Shown here one piece after another: positions 55,537 to 64,000 of a DNA stretch of 64,000 bases (position 1 is the stretch's first letter; every line of letters begins with the position of its first letter). The stretch spans positions 62,001-126,000 of the forward strand of contig MCFH01000049.1 of NCBI GenBank assembly GCA_002104945.1, given 5' to 3'. The notes under the pieces were generated by a model that did no database searches, was not told the DNA's origin, and was given only the letters and a program-made list of their open reading frames with translations. The translations under genes were made by a program, and so were the position numbers. The stretch comes from Piromyces finnis finn. Taxonomy: Eukaryota; Fungi; Neocallimastigomycota.

Positions 55537-56416
55537 ATGGGTTTTTTCGATAAATGTATTTGTTGTCCTTGCTTAAGTAAGAAACAATCTGTTAAAGTTT
55601 GCGCTTACATATTAATTGTAAGTAGTTTTTTTTTAACTAGAAACATTTTTAAAGTAAAAAAAAAAAAAATATTGTTATTATGATGCATATTTACTAATTA
55701 AATGATATTTTAATAATTTAAAAAAAAGGCAGTTGAAATTCTTAGTTGTTTATCAATTAATGGTGAATATAGTAATTATAGATATAATAATACATTATCA
55801 GTTATTATATCAATTGCTATTATAGGCACACTTATTTTCTTACTTTATGGAATGCAAACCGTAGGTTTATAAAAATGAACTATTATTAATGTATTTATTT
55901 TATAATTAATAATATTTTTATTATTAATTCTTTTTATAGAACAATCCAAAATACTTAAGCCAATTTAAATTAGTTTTCGGAATTGTTCTTGCCTTTCAAC
56001 TTATACACGATGCTATAATAATGTTCGGTTTAGTATTATTATATACTGGTGCCAATAGTGTTGATTCAAATATGTTTGAAGATGAAATGATGAATGCCAA
56101 CACTGAAACCATAAAAAGTACATTTAAAACAGTAGTAGTCTCTTTTATGATTTTTGTAATTATTGATGCTTTCGTTTTTGTAAGTATTGAAAATAACAAT
56201 AGAATTAAAAAAAAATAAGATAATAAATTAAACTATATAAAACTATTCTTTAAAACTAATGTATTGTCATTTTTGAAATAAAAAAAATATATTTTCATTT
56301 AATAGATTGATTATTACTTTTCCACTAAAAATTACATTAACGAACTTCTTGAAACCATTGAATCTGAAGACTATGTCAGAAAGGAAGAAAGTGGTGTTAA
56401 GGGAGAAAATAATTAA
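55537..56416 (+). CDS. Four-TM family copy K (4 exons)
   Basis: MGFFDKCICCPCLSKKQSVKVCAYILI|gtaagt. The last exon is IDYYFSTKNYINELLETIESEDYVRKEESGVKGENN*. Confidence 0.85.
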
Positions 56417-56765
56417 TAATTTTATTAAACGATGCGCTAATCATTAAAACAATTATCCTATTTAAACATAAAAAAATTTTATATAATCATTAAAATTGGC
56501 AATAATGATTATTTAAAAATCATAATTATATTTTTAATATAAAGCATTATAAAATATTATAAAAAAAATTTTTTTTTTGCGAAAAACCTTTTTTATTCCT
56601 TAATAATAATTTAAGATATAATTTTTAAAATAGAAATAAATTAAAAAAGAAACAAAAAAACTAAATAGAATTAAAAAAAAAAAAAATTGAATTAAAAATA
56701 AAATAAAAAAATTAAATATATATTATGTAACACCTTTTTTAGTTTTTTATTGTGTAAACAAGAAG

Positions 56766-56841
<76 letters not shown>

Positions 56842-58241
56842 TTTATTTTTGAAATGATATGATATGATAATCTTTTTGTAATAATAATGTTAGCTAAATG
56901 GCGCTTTATATTTTTTAAACATCTTCCAATTAAGAATATTTAACTAAATCATCATTCTAAAAATACATACTTTTTATAAAAAGATCAGCAGCATCACCAT
57001 AGGTCTATTTTTAGTACATTCTCTACAAATAAATAAAACGTTTATTATCTAATAGTTTTTTTTTCTTTTTTCTTTTTGTAATATTCTCTTTATTCAAAAT
57101 TTAGATGTTTCACATCATGTTCTTCAAATTTTAATTTATGTTTTCACTAAAATTAAAGATTTATAGATGATTCTTTTATTGTTTGTGTTTATTAGATTTT
57201 CTTTTTTTTCTTTTTTACCAAATCAAAAATAGTTTGTGGATAAAATAAAGTATGGAGACATAATAAATAAAGTTCCTAGTAAGTTTTTTATTATTTTATT
57301 ATTTCATATTTATTTATTTATTATTTTCTTCTGTGATGTATCAACATAATCATTTTAACTTGAAATTCACCTATTCTAGAACCACCGTTATAGTTTGAAA
57401 TTATCCAAATACATAATATAATTACATTAACTTTTATCTAATACAATAATACAATACAATTAGTACATTAATACATTTAATATTAAATACATTTAATAAT
57501 ACAATACATTTTATGTTCTAACCTTTATGTTATATTAAAATTATAGTAAAATATAATATATATATAAATAATTATAAAAAGTATCATTTTCATTGTTTTT
57601 TTCATTATTATGAGTTTTTTATTTAATTATACTTTAATACTAATTTTTGTATAAATAATAGAAATATGATTAATATAATTAAATTATTATTAAATAATAT
57701 ATCTAAAAATCTATATATTATTTAATAGAATCAAATTGTTTTGATATATATTTGTTTTTCAATCCTATCATGAATAACACTCTTTTCTAAATTTTTTTTT
57801 CTTTTCTAATGTACATTTAAATAATTATTATCTTAGAAATCAATTAGTAAATAAAGATTTTTTTCCAAAATCTGATAAGATTAATATAAATAAAAGTGAT
57901 ACTGATAGAGAAATTACACTTGCTCGCTAGTTTATATTTATTTATATATCCATTATACAATAAATAGAAATGAAATAATATAATAATATATATAAATTAG
58001 ATAAAGATTATTCACAGAGGTTTGATATTATAATATGGATTGGAATAATAATAAAAATTTAACAGAATGGGAATAGGGTAATTTTTATAATCAACAATAT
58101 ATGGATGAATCATTAAAACTTTACGAAAGTCAACATTTCCTAGAATTCATCCTAATGAGATTTTTTTGATATGTATACATTATTAAATTGATTATCTTGT
58201 AGGTATTTTTAAATTATTAGATAATTAAATTTAGGAATAAG

Positions 58242-58287
58242 ATGTAAATACAAGTCGTAGATCTCGATCTACGACTTGTATTTACAT
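58242..58287. repeat. Perfect 22-bp inverted repeat with a 2-nt loop
   Basis: ATGTAAATACAAGTCGTAGATC-TC-GATCTACGACTTGTATTTACAT. Confidence 0.97.
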
Positions 58288-60046
58288 GATAACTCTAATG
58301 AATTTTATTTAGTTCATGATAAATGGCTATTACTACCTATAATATAAGGTAAACTTTTATAAATTGAATAAATACAAAAAAAAAAAAAGGTATTTTCATC
58401 TAAAAAAAAAAAAAAAATTAAATGAACCATATAATTATAAATTATGGATAATACATTATATTTTTCAAGTATTTACAATTTTTTAAGCTCAAGATTAGTA
58501 AGTTCTAGTTATAAAAAATAGTTATTACTTCTTAAAGGAAAACTTCTATCAAGATTATCCTTATAAAAATAATAAACTAATTAGATAAAAAAAATTATTT
58601 TAAAAACTAAGTAAAATATGTCTGTGAAAATTAATATTAAAAAAAATAACATTTTTTATAATATATTACCTAATATATAGTATATAAAACATATAGTATT
58701 ATGTTTTTGTGTTAAATATTATCTTTCTTTCTCACTAAACTATTTAAAAAAATGTCTATAAATTTGAATTATCAAAAAAAAAAAAAAAGTTCAACTTAAT
58801 AAGAGGTTACTTTTTATTAATTTTATAATTAATAAAGTTTTTTTAAAATAAAGTTACACAAAAATTTTTAATTAAAATTTATTTTTTATTATTTAATAAA
58901 CTTTTTATTTTTAAATTAAAATTAATTTAATTAGTATTGTTTAGGCGATAGTGAAATTAAAAAAAAAAGTTTTAGGATGGATGAAGAGGAAATGTTTTTT
59001 TTATTATTATTATAAAATATAAAACTAAAAAATATTAATAATCTTTTTGAGTATTTTTGCCTTAATTCCTTGCAGAGGTAAAATTTCTTCTGGCTAAAGT
59101 TTCTGGCTAAAACCGTCTAAAATCTAGGATATATATTAATTAATCTATTAACTAAATTATAATAACAGTAATAATAGTAATACTAATGAAATTAAAAGGA
59201 TGCTATTTACTTAATGAATATAATATAAATTCATATTAAAAGATAATCATATTATTATTAAATAAAAGTAAGATATTGAAATAATTTAAATAACAATAAT
59301 AATAATAAAGCTAAAGTATAAATAATCTTTATAAAAACGCTAAATAAAATAGAAAAATGAATTAGAATATATAAATACTCTTTTTTTTATTTATATATTG
59401 AAATATATAATAAAATGTATATACCATTATCATACATTTTATTATAATATTATATATTTAAAGCCGAAATACCTTTTTTTTTTATTCTTTCCTTCATAAC
59501 TTTTATTAAATAATAATGTATCGTTTTTTTGTCATTTTTATAAATTCTAATTAATTTTTACTAAAGTGGGGAATTTGTAATATTTATATTTTACCCACAA
59601 AAAGCATAAAAATTATTGAATTTTTACCAGAAATCCTTGGTAAAATTCATTTATTATTTATTTATAATTTAATTATGGAATATTTTTAAAAGATTTAATT
59701 TATTTTTTTAATTTATTTTAAATTAATTTTTTAATTAATTAAAAATTTAATTCATTTGTGTAACTATGAATATGTTATCAAATTTTTATTATAAAAAGAA
59801 AGATAAATTAGTTTTTTTTTATCTTTTAAGTTATCTGTCAATTTCAAAAAAAAAAAAAAAAAAAGAATTTATTGGGAAAGAAAGAAGGAAAGAAGGAAAT
59901 TACAAAGGAAAGGAAAAGAATTAAAAAATGTTTTGTTAATAAAACTTTGGAATAATTTAAAAAAAAATAATATAATATACAAATAAAATAAAAAAAAAAA
60001 ATAGGAAATATATAAAAACAAAAAATATATATAATGAAAATTCAAA

Positions 60047-60515
60047 ATGTTTTTATATGATAAATGTTGGCACTGTTGTTGCTTATCTAAAGAAGCTTCA
60101 GTTAAATTTTGTACATGGTTGTATCTTGTAAGTATAGCTATTTTTTTAATAAAAAGAAATAAATAATTTATTAGAAAAAAAATATAATCTTGAAATATAA
60201 AATTGAAATAAAAAAAAAACAATTTTTTTTTTTTATATTAATTATATTATATTTCTATTATTCTTACCTATCTAGATTTTTGATATTTTATATATGATAC
60301 ACCATTTAATGTTTATAAAAAATGGTGATTTTAGTGTTTATGTTTTATTTTTTATAACTTTTATTGCCATTCTATCCCTCATATTTTTACTTTGTGGGTT
60401 AAAAAAGGTAAGTACTCATTTTTGAAATTTTTTTTTTTTTTTTTTTTTTATAATAAATGACTTTATTAGATAAAAGAAAAAACTATATTTTTAAATGTCT
60501 TTAAAATAATTCAAC

Positions 60516-60559
<44 letters not shown>

Positions 60560-61114
60560 TAGGGAAAAATATCCTTTTTGACACAATTTAATTGGATATT
60601 TGGGGCTTATACTATTATCATAGTATTTAATTGTATTGCTTGGTGTATCATCTATGGATATATGTTTAAAGATTCTGGTAATCATGATTTCATAGAGGAA
60701 GCTCGACAAAGAATAATGAAATATAACCATAATAAAAATATATCTGATGAAGAAATTACTAAAAATATTAAATTTATTTCTATTAGTGGAATCATTATTC
60801 ATTGTGTTATATTTTTCATTACTGTAAATATTATCAATATATATATATATAATAAATTAAAAAATGAAAGAATAACTTTTTCTTTTTTGTATATACACTA
60901 ATTTTTATTTAATTCTTTTATTTATTTCATTAAAAATTTTATACTTTTTATTTATTGTTTTATTCAAATATTTAAAGATTATTTATTTCTTTTCGACATT
61001 TTATTATATAAAAAGTATAAATCAAAAAAGTAATGAAGAATTGGAGTCTAGAAAATTAGAATGTTTTAAAAAAGTATTAAAAACTATTCCCAATAATAAT
61101 AAAAATAAGAGTGA

Positions 61115-61145
<31 letters not shown>

Positions 61146-61223
61146 CATAACAATAATAAAGGCAGCAATAATAATACTTATAAAAACAATTCCAAGGATA
61201 ATGGACAGATTCTTCTTGTTTAA
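60047..61223 (+). CDS. Four-TM family copy L (4 exons; long second loop, Asn-rich C-terminal extension)
   Basis: MFLYDKCWHCCCLSKEASVKFCTWLYL|gtaagt. Exon 3 overlaps ORF 60578-60901. The last exon IIYFFSTFYYIKS... continues into ORF 61041-61223. Confidence 0.78.
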
Positions 61224-61775
61224 GAAAGATAAAAATAAACAGTAATATTAAAATTTAAAGATAAATAATAAACTTTTGCTATTTATATATTGAATATATA
61301 TATAGTTAATATCAAATAAGCTATATAAAAAAAAAGGGAGTGAAATCAATTAATACTTAATAATAATTAAATCTATTAATATTATTAATAATAATTTATC
61401 ATATAATTTGATTCTATAATACCAATGAAACCCGTTCTATTTATACCTATATATACATTATTTAAATTATATAAAATATCTATATCTTAAAAATATATAT
61501 TTTAAAATATTCTTACGGAAAAATATCTTATAAATAATACATATAAATATATATAATATAATATCCATATAATTCAAAACATATAAATAATAGAAAAAAA
61601 ATTACATATAGAGTAATTAAAAACAAAAAAAAAATAATTTTTTCAAAGAAGATGAATATATATTCGATTAAAAACATTTTAAATGTCAAACAAAGAACTT
61701 TTTATAAAGAAAAAGTTTTAACAAAAAAAAGTTAAAAAAAAAAAGAAAGAAAAAAAAAATAAAAATAAAAAAAAA

Positions 61776-62321
61776 ATGAAAATATTCAATATTTTATTTT
61801 CTTCTATTGTTTTACTTTTCTTTATTCAATGGAATGCTGTTACTGCTAAATCCGTTCCATTAGTTGTAGACAATGACTATAATTTTGAATTTGGTCATGA
61901 AGGAAAATGCTATTATAACAATGGAGGTAATAATAACTGGGGTAATACAAAATATCATTACTTTAGTAGATGTAATTACAATAAATCAAAAAGTGCCATT
62001 TATTGTGATTTTAAAGAAAAGGCTTATCAAAAATATTATTTAAAGGTTTTTGTTGAATCAAAATCTGACCCACAAAATGTTTATCATAGAGGTTCTCATT
62101 GTGTACCTTATCAATTTCAACACTATTTCAGAAGTTGGCAACAAGGAAAGGAATATGATGCTATTGTCAGAACTAATAGTATAATGACTATTAAATCTGA
62201 TTTAACATTATATTATGTTAATTCTGACAATTACAACTATTTTGTTTTCAATTGTAATTATGAAAATACTCAAGGTGATGTTAAATTGAAATATACAAAG
62301 GCTCACATTAAAAAATATTAA
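61776..62321 (+). CDS. Small secreted Tyr/Cys-containing protein of unknown function, intronless
   Basis: 181-aa ORF, A-rich context before the ATG, signal peptide MKIFNILFSSIVLLFFIQWNAVTA, protein-like composition. Confidence 0.8.
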   Translation: MKIFNILFSSIVLLFFIQWNAVTAKSVPLVVDNDYNFEFGHEGKCYYNNGGNNNWGNTKYHYFSRCNYNKSKSAIYCDFKEKAYQKYYLKVFVESKSDPQNVYHRGSHCVPYQFQHYFRSWQQGKEYDAIVRTNSIMTIKSDLTLYYVNSDNYNYFVFNCNYENTQGDVKLKYTKAHIKKY

Positions 62322-62384
62322 AGTAAATTCTATTTTTTTTATATAAATAATTATAATAATAATAAAAAAGAAATAAAAAAAAAT

Positions 62385-62665
62385 AAATAAATAAATAAAT
62401 AAGTAAATAAATAAATAAGTAAATAAATAAGTAAATAAATAAATAAGTAAATAAATAAGTAAATAAATAAATAAGTAAATAAATAAGTAAATAAATAAAT
62501 AAGTAAATAAATAAGTAAATAAATAAATAAGTAAATAAATAAATAAGTAAATAAATAAATAAGTAAATAAATAAATAAGTAAATAAATAAATAAGTAAAT
62601 AAATAAGTAAATAAATAAATAAGTAAATAAATAAATAAGTAAATAAATAAGTAAATAAATAAATA
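62385..62665. repeat. Compound (TAAA)n/TAAG microsatellite
   Basis: Repeated AAATAAATAAGT-like units. Confidence 0.95.
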
Positions 62666-63379
62666 AAAAGAAAATCTAAAATATCATTTCATAAATGAAT
62701 AATAAATAAATGTTCATTTTAATAGATTAATAGAAATGTTTTTTTTATTTAAAATATTTTAAATTTATATAAATTATTTTACAATTCAAAACTCAAAAAT
62801 GAAAATTCATAATGTCAACTATGCCAATAGTTATATTTTTGATGTTTAAAATATATAAAATGTATTGTAAATTCATTTTTATTCATTATTATTTTAAGAC
62901 ATACTATCTTTATGCATAAATATGATAAAAACACTCCTTTTCTTCCTATTAAATAAAGTAGTAAAATTCTTAAAAAAAAAAAAGATTATTGTATTAAAGA
63001 TATATATAATATAGAAACTAATAAAATAAATAAATGTTTAAATACTCTATTTACAGCATTTAAAAAGGGAAATTAAATATTATATACATTCTATGCGTAT
63101 TCTAAATATTTTAATATTAAATAATTGTATAACAAAAGATAAAATAGTAGGTTCAAGGTATTTAAACAATAATTATACTCTTTTTTTTTATTTTATTATT
63201 ATTTTTTTTTTTAAATATATTTTGTGATATAGTATGGGTTTTATGAATAATTATATTAATTTCATAAAATAGGCACACATACATATATACATACATCTAT
63301 ACATATATGCATACATATATCTTTGGGTGGTTTTTAAGTTAAAAAAAAATTTGTATTGTTGCCTTTGAATTCATCTATT

Positions 63380-64000
63380 CTATTCTATAATTTTAATTTT
63401 GTATTCCATATAGTTTTTTTTGAAGTCTAAATAAATTTCTATTACATGTATCTCTTGCTTCATCAATGATTTCTGGACACTGACAATGTGGTGTAATTAA
63501 TGGATCATCGGGACAATAAGTCACCGGCCAATGGGTATATCCTATATTTTTAAAGAAATGTATTTTATCAGGTTCTAGAAATAAAGATGCCTTGAATAGT
63601 ATAAAAATAAGTAATAAAGGTCAATTGTGCGTAATAATACTAATATTGATAAAATTGTAATTTGATGAATAGGTTTATATATATATATATACAGTATTAT
63701 AATAATAAAATAAATAGTTACAGCTATTGAATGTATAGGGGCATCACCCCATCTTTCATAATAAATGCCACCTTTTTCATCTAAAAATTTGAAAAAAGTT
63801 TCATATTTTTCACTTCTAAAGAAACGCATATCGGCTATTTCAAAATTACTCCAAAAATGACATAAATTCCATGTTTTACCATTATCATGACTTAGGAAAT
63901 CAAGAGAATTTGGATTAGCAATGTATTGTGGATATTTTCTCATAAATTCTTTGACTGTTTCCCATAGATGAGGAACAGTAGATTTTAATTCTATTAATGA
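63380..64000 (-). CDS. GT15 alpha-1,2-mannosyltransferase (Kre2/Ktr family), 3' portion with one intron; 5' end outside the window
   Basis: WNLCHFWSNFEIADMRFFRS...GGIYYERWGDAPIHSIA, intron, then ASLFLEPDKIHFFKNIGYTHWPVTYCP...CQC...*. Confidence 0.92.

Noticed and set aside
57840-58200. Coding-like fragment (...NLTEWE*GNFYNQQYMDESLKL...)
   Set aside because: Too short and decayed to assign a family without a search.

Overview
Extremely AT-rich, intron-rich eukaryotic DNA. Composition, intron style and gene content suggest an anaerobic gut fungus (Neocallimastigomycota); this is an inference. Most ORF-track entries are fragments or artefacts. Content from left to right: (1) 1-13.9 kb, three tandem minus-strand genes for secreted single-pass leucine-rich-repeat receptor-like proteins (plant-type 24-aa LRR, about one 72-nt exon per repeat) that are sequence mosaics of one another, plus an orphan first exon and a LINE insertion. 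(2) An ankyrin pseudogene, an intact PHO89/PiT phosphate transporter and a decayed Cys-rich gene. (3) 21.5-61.2 kb, about 14 copies or remnants of an uncharacterised four-exon, about four-TM gene family (MGFFDKCxCCPCL...), largely in head-to-head pairs that share a promoter motif and a 3'-UTR hairpin. (4) Retroelements: an intact Ty3/Gypsy element with a -1 frameshift signal and LTRs that differ at one end, inserted immediately upstream of a tRNA-headed, poly(A)-tailed SINE-like element inside a family gene; a second truncated SINE copy inside a LINE; and a decayed LINE ORF2. (5) A 46-bp palindrome, an orphan secreted protein and the 3' part of a GT15 mannosyltransferase. All alignments and counts were done by eye; boundaries are approximate unless given to the base.
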